A DNA stretch of 64,000 nucleotides from Patescibacteria group bacterium (GCA_041662565.1 JBAZSE010000001.1:1084-65083); one strand, 5' to 3'. Numbered from the stretch's first letter, positions 1-10,124 are shown. The notes: generated from the letters alone by a model not told the origin. Translations and numbers: made by a program.

Positions 1-61
1 GCAATCAGAATTAGCCGCCGATGATATTGCCATAGAAGAAGTACCGGTAATGGAAGAGTAG
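1..61 (+). CDS. 3' end of an upstream gene (partial; ...QSELAADDIAIEEVPVMEE*)
   Basis: Open frame from window edge to TAG at 59-61, followed by a long hairpin. Confidence 0.4.
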   Translation, partial: QSELAADDIAIEEVPVMEE

Positions 62-75
62 GAGATTTATTTTCG

Positions 76-146
76 CCCAAGAAGAGCGCGGAGAGAATTT
101 TCTTACTTACAGACCCTGAGTAGGGTTATTCTCTCCGGCTTTTGGG
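76..146 (+). terminator. Long imperfect hairpin between upstream gene and Rhs gene
   Basis: CCCAAGAAGAGCGCGGAGAGAAT...ATTCTCTCCGGCTTTTGGG inverted repeat. Confidence 0.45.
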
Positions 147-318
147 AAGTAAAAATGCAAATTAAGATATTTATAATATTAATAATAAACGTATGGAATT
201 ATTGGCTTTAGTAATTTTTATGGGAGTTGCCAGCTTATTAAGAAGATAAGCGCTTTGTGCTTTTTTATAAATTTTAATAATTAAATTTTAAAACAATTAT
301 AAACTTATATATACTCAT

Positions 319-3300
319 ATGAAGAAATTTATTATTGTTCTAACTTTATTTACCACCATCTTTTCTCAACCGCTCTTGGCTTTAGCCGAAGAATCAGCGG
401 TGGCGCAAACGTCATCGGCAATTCCTTCGCCGGAGAGCGTGGCTCCATCGCCCTCAACCGATTCCGTTATAGAATTGGCCGCTCCAGCTGTTCAAACTAT
501 TCCCGATCCAACGGCAATTTTACAATCTGCCGAACCAATAATTGCGCCCACTGCCGATTCTTTAATGCCCCAAGCAGATGCTCCAATTATTGCTCCGATT
601 CAAGAACCTGCACCAATTAATAATCCGACTCTTGATAATCAGGCGGTTAATTTAAATAACAATGAACCCCAGCGTGATCCAGGTGAAGGTGAAAACGCCG
701 GCGCTTATCAACAGGAAAAATCAGCTGATAACAGCTCTAAAAAATCAGCCGGTTTAACCGGTAATTTGCGAGTTGATCAGTTTTCCGGCGCTGCTTCATA
801 TAATATCGGTTTAGATATTCCGGCTGGCCGAGCCGGCCTTAACCCCTCTTTGCTTTTGGCATACAACAGCCATGATAAGAGTAATGATTCTTGGGTTGGG
901 CAGGGTTGGAATTTGGAGCTCGGTTCAATTACCCGGAGCACAAAAAGAGGAACTAATAATTTATATACCGGTAATGAATTTACCATTTCTTTAGGCGGCC
1001 AGTCAGCCGATTTAATTGAAGTAGATGCCAATAATCATTTGTTTGCCCCCAAAGAAGAAAACAGTTATTTAAAAATTCAATATTTAACCGATACTTCAAG
1101 CTGGCTGGTTATTGATACCAATGGTATTAAATATTATTTCGGCCAGTCGTCCGAAAGCAGGCAGGATAATCCTGCCGATCAAACCAAGATTTTTAAGTGG
1201 CAATTGGATAAAGTTCAAGATACCAATGATAATTTTTATCGGCTGGAACATACCAAAGTTGATGGCGCTATTTATCCCTCAAAAATAATTTATACCGGCA
1301 ATGGTGGGAGCGATGGCGTTATGGAAGTGTTATTTAATTTGGAAGAACGAGGCGAAGATATTTCAACTTCCTATCAAACTCAGTTTTTGGTTACTACCAA
1401 TAGGCGCTTAAATAATATTGAAATTAAAGTTCAAAATGAAACCAAATTAAAATATCAATTGGCTTATGTTGTCGGGCAAAACGGCCGAACATCATTGTTA
1501 AGATCAATTATTAAAAAAGGTTATGATGGCCAAGGCGAACATGTTTTGCCGGCCACTACTTTTAACTACTCAACCAAGCAAACCGGTTGGGATGATGTTA
1601 CCGAGGAGTGGCAGGATTTGCCGGCTTTAAATACTAACCCACAATTAGTGGATTTAAATGGCGACTCATGGGTGGATATTGGTGGCGCTATGCATGATGG
1701 CCGTGGCACTTGGAGTCCACAGGGTTGGCGGAACATACCCAGTATGACTTTTGTGGGAGATATTAATGGCGATAAGTTGCCGGATATTGTTGCTCCTCAT
1801 GCCGAGAATGATCATCGTGTTGATGCGCCCAGAGTTGCTTATTTAAATAATGGAGTTAACGGTTTTAATTACAGTGCAGAATGGTCAGCGGCTGTGCCTG
1901 AAGTTATTGGTCAAAAGAATATCACACCGGCCATTGCTTTGGTTGATATTAATGGCGATGGCTTGGCAGATATTATTTATGGCGTAAGCTATCAAGGTAA
2001 TAATGTTGTAGAAAGAATTTATCTTAATAATGGTCATGGCTGGGCTGGCGGTTATGGCACATTTCCTGCGGCTTTAGCATATCACTATAACGGTAATGAT
2101 TATCCCCCAACTCCATGGTATTCAGGGTTAGGTACGCAAATTGTTGATATTAACGGCGATGGTTTGGTTGATGTTACGTATGATCGAAATGTTTATCTAA
2201 ATCTTGGCAGTGGTTTTGAACAACAACCAAACCAAACATGGCAATTACCTGCCTTGCGGAATGATTTTCCTAATAGATTTGAGGAATCTTATAGGTTAGG
2301 AGGCACAAGATTTACCGATCTCAATGGCGATGGCCTTGTTGATATAACTGTTGCCGTAACAAAGTGGATTAATGAACGCGGAGTTTGGCAAGATTATTTT
2401 GCTAGCTGGCTCAATACAGGTAGCGGCTGGCAAGAAAATAATAATTGGAATCAACCCATGATTCTATTGTCCATTGGCGCCAATGGACCCACGGGAGACG
2501 AGGGTGTCCGTATGATGGATATTAATAATGATAATAATATTGATATAGTTAAATCTCATGTTGATGAAAGGAATAATTTTGAGCGTCAGGTTTATTTGGG
2601 TACATCTACTAAAGCTAATCAGCTAACTACAATTACTAATGGCTATGGCGGGCAAACCGGTTTGGAGTATCAACCTTCCGGTAAATATTTTACGGAAGAT
2701 AATAATTTTAAGAATCCGCATTTGCCATTAAATTTGGAAACGGTTAAAACCATAACCACTACTGATGGGCAAAATAATGAAATAGTTACAAGTTATGACT
2801 ACCAAGACGGCGCAGTTTACGCCGACCCCGTTGATTACACTTTAAATCAGTTTGTCGGTTTTGGCATTGTAACTTCCACCACCGGCAATCAAGTTAGTAA
2901 AACCTATTATCATCAAGGAAGCGGGATAGATGGCTACGCCAATGGCGAGTACGAAGATACCATCTACAAAAAAGGCAGGGCTTATCGTGAAGAAGTTTAT
3001 CAAAAGGATCAAGATAATAATTTAACTTTGCAATCGGCTAAGGTAAGCACTTGGAAGCAATATAATTTGGACAACAACCGCAAATATGTTTATTTGGATG
3101 GCACTGTTAATTATGATTATACGCAAGAGGGCGAGCAACAACAGCAAATGGCTCCCCAGCAATTTAATCAGGCGCAAGCAATTAATCAGCAAGCCATTGC
3201 ACAAAGCTTATCCGCTCAAGTTTTAAGTTCTGATCAATTAACCACGCTTCAATCAGCCCAAACATTTAGCCCTATAACTCAACCGCAGTTGGTTAGCCAA

Positions 3301-6300
3301 TCAGACGATGGCTTATCGGTTAATTATTATATTGGAAGAAATCAAAATGGACAGCATGTGTATCAATATCAAGTATATAGCGATCCTGCTCAAGGCGAGG
3401 ATGTACAAAGAGATGACCCAGAAGCTGCTGATTTTAATGCGCAAAATGGTGATAGGGCAATAGAGATGTATGCACATAATTGTGATGATATTAGAGGTCT
3501 TTGGGAAAATCATAATGGATATAGAGATTATAATGGTCCGCAAGTTAATTTATTAATTAACCAATACGGTCATGAATGTGAGTTAAGTAGAATTTACTTG
3601 CCTTTTAATACTTCAGATTTACCGGATGAAGCCATGATTTTATCCAGTCATTTGGATATGAGTGTTTTTAATTTAGCTCCATCAATGACTGCATATGTAG
3701 TAAGAGGGCTGGATGGCAATGTTTCAGGAGGTTCAGAGTACATTGGTTCAACGGGAAGAAACAGTTTTAATCTTAATGATACCGGTTTAAGCTGGATTAG
3801 CTTGACGGGTAATACTAATTTGGGATTGCGTGGAGAATATGATTTTAGGCAGAATAACTTACGCGCCATTCATTACGGAATCGGTTTATATTTATCAGAA
3901 GCTCAAAATGAAAATGATCGACCTATGTTGGTTGTGGAATATACTTTAAATCGCCCTCCACAAGCGCCTATTGATTTGCAAACAGAAAACCAAGTTAACC
4001 CTGCTGAAATTCAAAATCAACAACCATCTTTTTCAGCTGTGTTTAATGATGAAAATCAGGATGACCAGGCTATTGCCTATCGAGTACAGGTAATTAGGGC
4101 AACCAACTTGTTTGGCGATAATGAACATAATAATTTTGAAAGTCCATTATGGGATAGTGGTAGAGTGGCGTTTAATGAGCCGGTGGCCAATGGCGCCCGA
4201 AGCCCGCAAATCCAGTATGGCAATCAATTACCTTTAGATGGCCGTCAATATTTTTGGAGAATAAAATTTTATGATAGCGGGGATGAAGTTCATTCGGAGG
4301 GATTATGGAGCGATGGACAAGATTATTTCTACATGGACGGTAGTGCCGCGCCAGTTGCTTCAATTAATTTACTTACCGATGGACGGATTGAACCAAGGGA
4401 TTTGTTAAATCAAAATCCGTCTTTTTCCGCCATTTACCAAGATCCCAACCCGATAGATAATGCCAAGTGGTACCAAGTTCAGGTTGGAATAAATGCTGAT
4501 CTTGATAATGAAGATAATGTTATTTGGGATAGCGATAAACAGGAGCTTGATTCATTAGTTGATAATGGCGTAAGAAGTGAAGAAATCCAATACAACGGCG
4601 AGCCATTGGCATATAATGGTGCTGTTTACTATTTCCGGATTAAATTTTGGGATAAAGAAGGCGATGGCACCGAAGGAGAATGGAGCGCGCCCAGCACCTT
4701 TGGTATGTTTAACAGCCAAGATGTTTTAAGCGGCGTTCAAGCCAAAGCCGTAAAAATGAGTTATGATTTTAGCACCGGCAATGTTATGGAGCAAAAAAAT
4801 TTAGGCACAGTACTGGCAGCGCAAAATGGCGTGTTTTTAAACACGGCTGAAGAAGTGGTTGGTGATGAAAAAAATTCCCTTTACCAATATGCTCAACCTG
4901 TTAATGCCAGTTCGCATATTTTATCCGTGCCCAGGGAAAAAATAGTCACCAATCCTAATACTGAAGAAAATTCAACTGTAACTATTTCCTATGATGGCCG
5001 TGATGATGGCCAAGTAGAAAAAGCCAACCCAACCAAAGAGGATTTAAACGCGCCCCAAGCCATTTACCAAAAAACCTTTAACGCCTTTGGCTTGGTTACT
5101 CAAACAACCGATCCTTTAAACCATCAAACCAATGTGACTTACGACGCGCAAAACTATTATCCCGTTCGCACTACTAATCATTTAAATCAAATCACCCAAA
5201 CGGAATATGATTTAACAACGGGCCAAATTAAAAAAATTACCGATCCCAATGGTTTAATTGAAGAACGTGATTACGATGCTTTTGGGCGATTGGTTGAAGT
5301 AAGAAAAACCAATCCGGCTTCAACAAATTTGTTGGTTTTGCAAAGGTTAGAATATCACGATGCCGAAAGCCCTTCTTGGGTCAGGCAAATTAGTTACCCC
5401 GGCCAATCAGCTGAATTAAGCGTGTATACTTACTTTGACGGACTGGGCAGGACGATTCAAACCAGAGAACAGTCCGAAATCGCCAACCAATTTAGGGTTA
5501 CCAGTGTTGCTTACAATGAAATGGGCAATGTAGCCAAGCAAACTTCGGTTTGCTTAAGCAATGGTTTTGCTTATAGCGCCCCCGATTGGAATACTCCGCA
5601 TACCGAATATATTTACGACGCGCAAAACAGAGTGTTAAGCGAAGAATTCATTGGCGATGCCAACCATCATTATTTAACTTCTTATGCCTATGACGGCTGG
5701 AATGTAACCGTGACAGATCCCAATGGCCAACAAAAGAAATTGTACAAAGATGCTTACGGCCAGCTAACTCAAGTTGATGAATATCTGGAAGGCGAAGTAT
5801 ATTCAACCAAGTATCAATATAATTTGCTGGGCAAATTAATTAATATTACTGATAGTCAAAACAATACCAGGAATTTTGTTTATGATGAATTGGGCCGTTT
5901 AACTTCCCAAGAAGAAGTGCATAAAGCCGAGCTCGATGAGGGCGAAGAATTTGGCGTTTGGAACTACCAGTACGATAGCGCTTCCAACTTAATCCAAAAA
6001 ACCGATCCTAAAAATCAGGTTATCAATTACACTTATGATTCTTTAAACAGGATTTTAACCGAGAATTTTGCTGGTCAGGATGGCACGGAAGTTACTTACA
6101 CCTATGATTCCGGCACTTATGGCAAAGGCCGCTTGTATCGTGTTGTTTCCGAAGGCGCAACCACCACTTATACTTATGATAAATGGGGCAGAGTAACCAA
6201 AGAATCCAAAATCATCAACGGCAATGTTTATAACACCCAGTGGGTTTACAATGTCCAATCTGTTCCTACTACCATAACCTATCCCGATAATTCTAAAATT

Positions 6301-8091
6301 TACTACACCTATAATCGTTTAGGATTGCCAATAACTTTACGCACCGCCGAACCGGCCGAAAACATTGTTTCTAGTCATTCGCTTATTACCAGCGTGGCCT
6401 ATTCACCGCTTAAACAAATCGCGGAAATTAGGTATAATTCAGGTATTGTTTCAACCAATACTTTTGATCCAACTCAATGCTACCGTCTAACAGCCAAAAG
6501 AACGGTTAATCCATTTAATTTGGTGATTCAAGATTTAACCTACAGTTATGATAACGTTGGCAATATCACCCAGTTAGTTGATCAATCCCAAACCAATTTG
6601 GCCAAAACAACCGTTTACGAGTATGATGATTTGTACCGCTTAACTCGCGCTACTGTCACCAATTCTGCCAATAACGCCGATTACACCCAAACCTACGATT
6701 ACGATATTATAGGTAATATCTTAAACAAATCGGATGTTGGCGATTACAGTTATCAAAACGCTAATCCTTACCAAGCCAACAGCGTTAATAATGTAAATTA
6801 CAGCTATGATTTAAACGGCAATTTAACTTCCGATACCCAAAAAACCTACCATTACAACCACGCGGATAGGTTAACAACTGTTGATATAGATGAAGATAAT
6901 GTTCTTTACAGTAAATACGATCAAGGCGGACAGCGCACCATTAAGCAGTTAAATAAGATTGTTCCCAACACTCAAGGCGGAGAAACAACCTTAATAACTA
7001 AAAACATCTATCCAGCCAGTTTGTATGAAGAAGAAGTAAAGGGGCTTGAAGGAGAAGAGCAAAACTGGCAAACTACCAAAACCCGCCATATTACCTTAGG
7101 TAATCAAACCTTGGCTCACTTTACCGTTAATCCTCAAGGCCAGGTAGAACAGGCCTTAGTGTTTGGTGATCATCTTGGCAGTGCCTCTCTTTTAACCGAT
7201 GTTTTTGGTAGGCCAAAAGTGTTGTATGATTATTATCCTTTTGGCGGAAGTAGGATGGAAGAACAAGTTGGCGGTGGAGGAATGCGTGTTGCCGCTTACC
7301 AATATACCGGCAAGGAAAAAGATGAAGTAACGGGGCTAAATTATTTTGGTGCTCGTTATCAAAATGCTGATATAGGAAGATTTACACAGGTGGATCCGGT
7401 GATTAATAAAATCGCTTTAACAAGTTCATTGGAAAATGAAAATAATATAAGCCAATTTCAGATTTTATCCAACCCCCAGAGTTTGAACAATTACAGTTAC
7501 GCCATAAACAATCCAATAGTACTCAAGGATACTAATGGAGAGTGGTTTGATGCGGTAGTTGATTTTGCTTTTATAGTTTATGATATAGGCAGAATAGCTC
7601 ATCAGTTTTTTACATCCGGTAATGTTAATGGCTCAGAATGGAGTAGTTTAGGCTTGGATGTCGGTAGCGCTTTTATCCCAGGAGTTGTTGGTTTGGGAAT
7701 GGTTAATAGGGCCGCTGCTAAAGCAACTCAATTAGGACTAAAGGTATATGTTAAAGCAGATGAGATAAAAGATTTAATTAAAGGGGCTGATAAAGCATTT
7801 GATGTAGCAAAGAAAGCTGGCGGTAAACATAATGGTGATTATATTAATTATCTAAACAAAACTAATCAACAGCTCGCTGATAGTGTTGCTAGTCATATGA
7901 AACAAGTTGATAAACATATTGATAAACTTAATAACCCTAGTAAATATATTGATAATTTTGAACAAAAGACTGAACAAGAAATTCAAGGATACATCAATCA
8001 TTGGAAGAAAGATTTATTAAGAAATCAAGAACAGGCAAATATTAAGTCAGGTATCTTAAAAGAAAGAGTAGGACAAAGTTTAAAAGAATAA
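319..8091 (+). CDS. Secreted Rhs/YD-repeat polymorphic toxin (SpvB-like + FG-GAP/VCBS, TcB-like, fused to TcC-like Rhs core and C-terminal toxin)
   Basis: Sec signal MKKFIIVLTLFTTIFSQPLLALA; SpvB-like SGAASYNIGLDIPAGRAGLNPSLLLAYNS...GQGWNL; repeated DxNGDGLxD; many YD repeats; core YTGKEKDEVTGLNYFGARY...DP...NPIVLKDTNG; divergent C-terminus. Confidence 0.93.
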   Translation: MKKFIIVLTLFTTIFSQPLLALAEESAVAQTSSAIPSPESVAPSPSTDSVIELAAPAVQTIPDPTAILQSAEPIIAPTADSLMPQADAPIIAPIQEPAPINNPTLDNQAVNLNNNEPQRDPGEGENAGAYQQEKSADNSSKKSAGLTGNLRVDQFSGAASYNIGLDIPAGRAGLNPSLLLAYNSHDKSNDSWVGQGWNLELGSITRSTKRGTNNLYTGNEFTISLGGQSADLIEVDANNHLFAPKEENSYLKIQYLTDTSSWLVIDTNGIKYYFGQSSESRQDNPADQTKIFKWQLDKVQDTNDNFYRLEHTKVDGAIYPSKIIYTGNGGSDGVMEVLFNLEERGEDISTSYQTQFLVTTNRRLNNIEIKVQNETKLKYQLAYVVGQNGRTSLLRSIIKKGYDGQGEHVLPATTFNYSTKQTGWDDVTEEWQDLPALNTNPQLVDLNGDSWVDIGGAMHDGRGTWSPQGWRNIPSMTFVGDINGDKLPDIVAPHAENDHRVDAPRVAYLNNGVNGFNYSAEWSAAVPEVIGQKNITPAIALVDINGDGLADIIYGVSYQGNNVVERIYLNNGHGWAGGYGTFPAALAYHYNGNDYPPTPWYSGLGTQIVDINGDGLVDVTYDRNVYLNLGSGFEQQPNQTWQLPALRNDFPNRFEESYRLGGTRFTDLNGDGLVDITVAVTKWINERGVWQDYFASWLNTGSGWQENNNWNQPMILLSIGANGPTGDEGVRMMDINNDNNIDIVKSHVDERNNFERQVYLGTSTKANQLTTITNGYGGQTGLEYQPSGKYFTEDNNFKNPHLPLNLETVKTITTTDGQNNEIVTSYDYQDGAVYADPVDYTLNQFVGFGIVTSTTGNQVSKTYYHQGSGIDGYANGEYEDTIYKKGRAYREEVYQKDQDNNLTLQSAKVSTWKQYNLDNNRKYVYLDGTVNYDYTQEGEQQQQMAPQQFNQAQAINQQAIAQSLSAQVLSSDQLTTLQSAQTFSPITQPQLVSQSDDGLSVNYYIGRNQNGQHVYQYQVYSDPAQGEDVQRDDPEAADFNAQNGDRAIEMYAHNCDDIRGLWENHNGYRDYNGPQVNLLINQYGHECELSRIYLPFNTSDLPDEAMILSSHLDMSVFNLAPSMTAYVVRGLDGNVSGGSEYIGSTGRNSFNLNDTGLSWISLTGNTNLGLRGEYDFRQNNLRAIHYGIGLYLSEAQNENDRPMLVVEYTLNRPPQAPIDLQTENQVNPAEIQNQQPSFSAVFNDENQDDQAIAYRVQVIRATNLFGDNEHNNFESPLWDSGRVAFNEPVANGARSPQIQYGNQLPLDGRQYFWRIKFYDSGDEVHSEGLWSDGQDYFYMDGSAAPVASINLLTDGRIEPRDLLNQNPSFSAIYQDPNPIDNAKWYQVQVGINADLDNEDNVIWDSDKQELDSLVDNGVRSEEIQYNGEPLAYNGAVYYFRIKFWDKEGDGTEGEWSAPSTFGMFNSQDVLSGVQAKAVKMSYDFSTGNVMEQKNLGTVLAAQNGVFLNTAEEVVGDEKNSLYQYAQPVNASSHILSVPREKIVTNPNTEENSTVTISYDGRDDGQVEKANPTKEDLNAPQAIYQKTFNAFGLVTQTTDPLNHQTNVTYDAQNYYPVRTTNHLNQITQTEYDLTTGQIKKITDPNGLIEERDYDAFGRLVEVRKTNPASTNLLVLQRLEYHDAESPSWVRQISYPGQSAELSVYTYFDGLGRTIQTREQSEIANQFRVTSVAYNEMGNVAKQTSVCLSNGFAYSAPDWNTPHTEYIYDAQNRVLSEEFIGDANHHYLTSYAYDGWNVTVTDPNGQQKKLYKDAYGQLTQVDEYLEGEVYSTKYQYNLLGKLINITDSQNNTRNFVYDELGRLTSQEEVHKAELDEGEEFGVWNYQYDSASNLIQKTDPKNQVINYTYDSLNRILTENFAGQDGTEVTYTYDSGTYGKGRLYRVVSEGATTTYTYDKWGRVTKESKIINGNVYNTQWVYNVQSVPTTITYPDNSKIYYTYNRLGLPITLRTAEPAENIVSSHSLITSVAYSPLKQIAEIRYNSGIVSTNTFDPTQCYRLTAKRTVNPFNLVIQDLTYSYDNVGNITQLVDQSQTNLAKTTVYEYDDLYRLTRATVTNSANNADYTQTYDYDIIGNILNKSDVGDYSYQNANPYQANSVNNVNYSYDLNGNLTSDTQKTYHYNHADRLTTVDIDEDNVLYSKYDQGGQRTIKQLNKIVPNTQGGETTLITKNIYPASLYEEEVKGLEGEEQNWQTTKTRHITLGNQTLAHFTVNPQGQVEQALVFGDHLGSASLLTDVFGRPKVLYDYYPFGGSRMEEQVGGGGMRVAAYQYTGKEKDEVTGLNYFGARYQNADIGRFTQVDPVINKIALTSSLENENNISQFQILSNPQSLNNYSYAINNPIVLKDTNGEWFDAVVDFAFIVYDIGRIAHQFFTSGNVNGSEWSSLGLDVGSAFIPGVVGLGMVNRAAAKATQLGLKVYVKADEIKDLIKGADKAFDVAKKAGGKHNGDYINYLNKTNQQLADSVASHMKQVDKHIDKLNNPSKYIDNFEQKTEQEIQGYINHWKKDLLRNQEQANIKSGILKERVGQSLKE
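7078..7263 (+). repeat. 186-bp direct repeat copy 1 (Rhs core); copy 2 at 8410-8595
   Basis: Manual alignment: 13 differences in 186 nt, 11 synonymous. Confidence 0.95.
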
Positions 8092-8115
8092 GTTAACAAT
8101 TAATCATAATTATAT

Positions 8116-8394
8116 ATGTTAAATAGTGGACAGCAAACATTTCTCGCATTACTAGGTGAACGGCTTAAAAATTCTTTAGAATATGATTTTAATAGCTTGA
8201 AAGAGTATCAAATAGAAAAAAAGGATGATTCATTTGTATTGGGTAAATTATTTGGTCATATGGATATTATTAGTATGATACAACAACAAGCTGAAGCAGA
8301 TGGTCTTTCTTTGGAAGAAATTGGATTGGATAATTTTGATCCTGAAAAGTATATTGGCGAGCGAGTTGATGAAATAAAAGGCAGAATAAAGTAA
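8116..8394 (+). CDS. Probable immunity protein for the Rhs C-terminal toxin
   Basis: Small acidic ORF directly downstream of the toxin CT; position typical of polymorphic toxin loci. Confidence 0.75.
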   Translation: MLNSGQQTFLALLGERLKNSLEYDFNSLKEYQIEKKDDSFVLGKLFGHMDIISMIQQQAEADGLSLEEIGLDNFDPEKYIGERVDEIKGRIK

Positions 8395-8409
8395 AAAATC
8401 ATCAGACCA

Positions 8410-9453
8410 AAAACTCGCCATATTACCTTAGGCAACCAAACCTTGGCTCACTTTACCGTTAATCCTCAAGGCCAGGTAGAACAGGCCCTGGTGTTTGGTG
8501 ATCATCTTGGCAGCGCTTCTCTTTTAACCGATGTTTTTGGTAGGCCTAAAGTATTGTATGATTACTATCCTTTTGGCGGCAACAGGATGGAAGAAACTAT
8601 TGGTGGAATGCAAGTTGCCGGTACCAATCAGCGTTATACCGGACAAAAGTTGGATGAAGAAAGTGGTTTGTATTATTATGGGGCGAGGTATTACAATCAG
8701 AATGTTGGTCAGTTTACCCAACAAGATCCGGTTAGTTTGAAGATAGCAATGTTGGATGAGGTCAAAAAAGTTACCGGGCAATCGCAACAGCAATTATTGA
8801 CTAATCCTCAAGTATTGAATAGTTATGCTTATACGGCGAATAACCCGGTTAAGTATACCGATCCCGATGGCAATATGAGGGAACTACCTTACCTTACGGC
8901 CTACAGGAAACTTGTTGAATTGTCTACTAGAGTTTTAAATAATTTTACCGATTACTTAAAATCAGAAAGACAAAATGCGGTTAATGAATATGCGGCGCAA
9001 TATGATGGTTTGTCAGATAGCCAAAAGTCAAATTATAAAGATAGCCAAGAATACGGAGAGGCAAGGGTAAATCAAGATGATTCGGTTAATGTTATGATGG
9101 GTATGGTGGGAGGCTCTACAAGTGAGGTTGGTAAAGTTTTAACTTTTGGCAAAAGTCCGATTTCCAATTTCATTACTAAAAATTTGGATACCTCTGTTTT
9201 AGCTAATAAATTTGAGAAGCATGTAATAGGGCGGGGTGAATTTGGAGGTAAAATAAATTTTAATCAGTTTAAGGAGATGTTTAATAATTTATGGAAAGGA
9301 ATTGGTAATATCTTAGAAAAGGTTAGGGCAAATGGAGATGTATTGAGATATGATGTTGATAAAAATATTTATAGTTCAATGAGTAAAGAAGGTAAAATAA
9401 GAACCTTTTTTCAGCCAGAAACTAAATTAGATTATTGGTTTAAGCAACAATAA
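8410..9453 (+). CDS. Orphan Rhs core + alternative C-terminal toxin (probable BECR-type RNase); no clear start, TTG at 8443 possible
   Basis: Begins with copy of 7078-7263; core YTGQKLDEESGLYYYGARYY...NPVKYTDPDG; CT with FEKHV...GEFG...IRTFFQP...YW. Confidence 0.85.
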   Translation, partial: KTRHITLGNQTLAHFTVNPQGQVEQALVFGDHLGSASLLTDVFGRPKVLYDYYPFGGNRMEETIGGMQVAGTNQRYTGQKLDEESGLYYYGARYYNQNVGQFTQQDPVSLKIAMLDEVKKVTGQSQQQLLTNPQVLNSYAYTANNPVKYTDPDGNMRELPYLTAYRKLVELSTRVLNNFTDYLKSERQNAVNEYAAQYDGLSDSQKSNYKDSQEYGEARVNQDDSVNVMMGMVGGSTSEVGKVLTFGKSPISNFITKNLDTSVLANKFEKHVIGRGEFGGKINFNQFKEMFNNLWKGIGNILEKVRANGDVLRYDVDKNIYSSMSKEGKIRTFFQPETKLDYWFKQQ

Positions 9454-9461
9454 ATAATTAT

Positions 9462-9896
9462 ATGATATTTAATCAAGAGGATCAAAAGATCTTAAATGAT
9501 ATTGAGTTCGATAGAAGCCAATATTCGGGGTTTTCTATTACGTTAGACAAATCATTGTATAGATGGACAAGTTTAACAAAAGAATGTGCGTTAGGTTATG
9601 CTGATGACGTGTCTGAATATACAAACGATCTTGCTTCAAGAGATTTTATTTGGAGAGTAATGGATAAAATATCTGAAGATGGAAAAAAACAATTAGAGGA
9701 AATCTTAGTGCCAATTGATAAATTATTTATTCAAAGTACGGTTGAAATAGATAATCCTATTATGGCTTATGATTGGGTTAAGCCAAATGAGCATTTTTGG
9801 TATTATCGAATACCCTGTAAGATTGCTAAAAATGAAATTTCAGCCTTTGAATCGCAAACAGGAAAATCATTAAAAGGCCTTATCAATGAGATATAA
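9462..9896 (+). CDS. Probable immunity protein for the orphan CT
   Basis: Acidic 144-aa ORF 8 nt after the orphan toxin. Confidence 0.7.
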   Translation: MIFNQEDQKILNDIEFDRSQYSGFSITLDKSLYRWTSLTKECALGYADDVSEYTNDLASRDFIWRVMDKISEDGKKQLEEILVPIDKLFIQSTVEIDNPIMAYDWVKPNEHFWYYRIPCKIAKNEISAFESQTGKSLKGLINEI

Positions 9897-10003
9897 CAGT
9901 TTAAAATTAAAAAATAAATCAACAAACCTTTGTGGAATCTCCATTAAGGTTTGGTAGAATTTGACCGCGGTTTTCCGCTCTTTGTCTGCTAAACAAAATA
10001 CAT

Positions 10004-10099
10004 GCCGAATTACAAAGGATCTGGCCTTAAATGGCCGGCGAAGTTGATGCTATGCGGATTAAATCCCCGCTGATACTTGGCGATCCTTTGTAAGGAGGC
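10004..10099 (+). ncRNA. Candidate structured RNA upstream of SPFH gene
   Basis: Perfect 12-bp closing stem TTACAAAGGATC(10010-21)/GATCCTTTGTAA(10082-93) enclosing GGCC/GGCC and GCGG/CCGC hairpins; GC-rich island in AT-rich spacer. Confidence 0.55.
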
Positions 10100-10124
10100 G
10101 AAATTAAATAATTAATTAAAAAAT

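Noticed and set aside
7078-8595. Repeat pair as DGR template/variable region
   Set aside because: Differences are mostly synonymous C/T, not adenine-specific, and no reverse transcriptase is in the window
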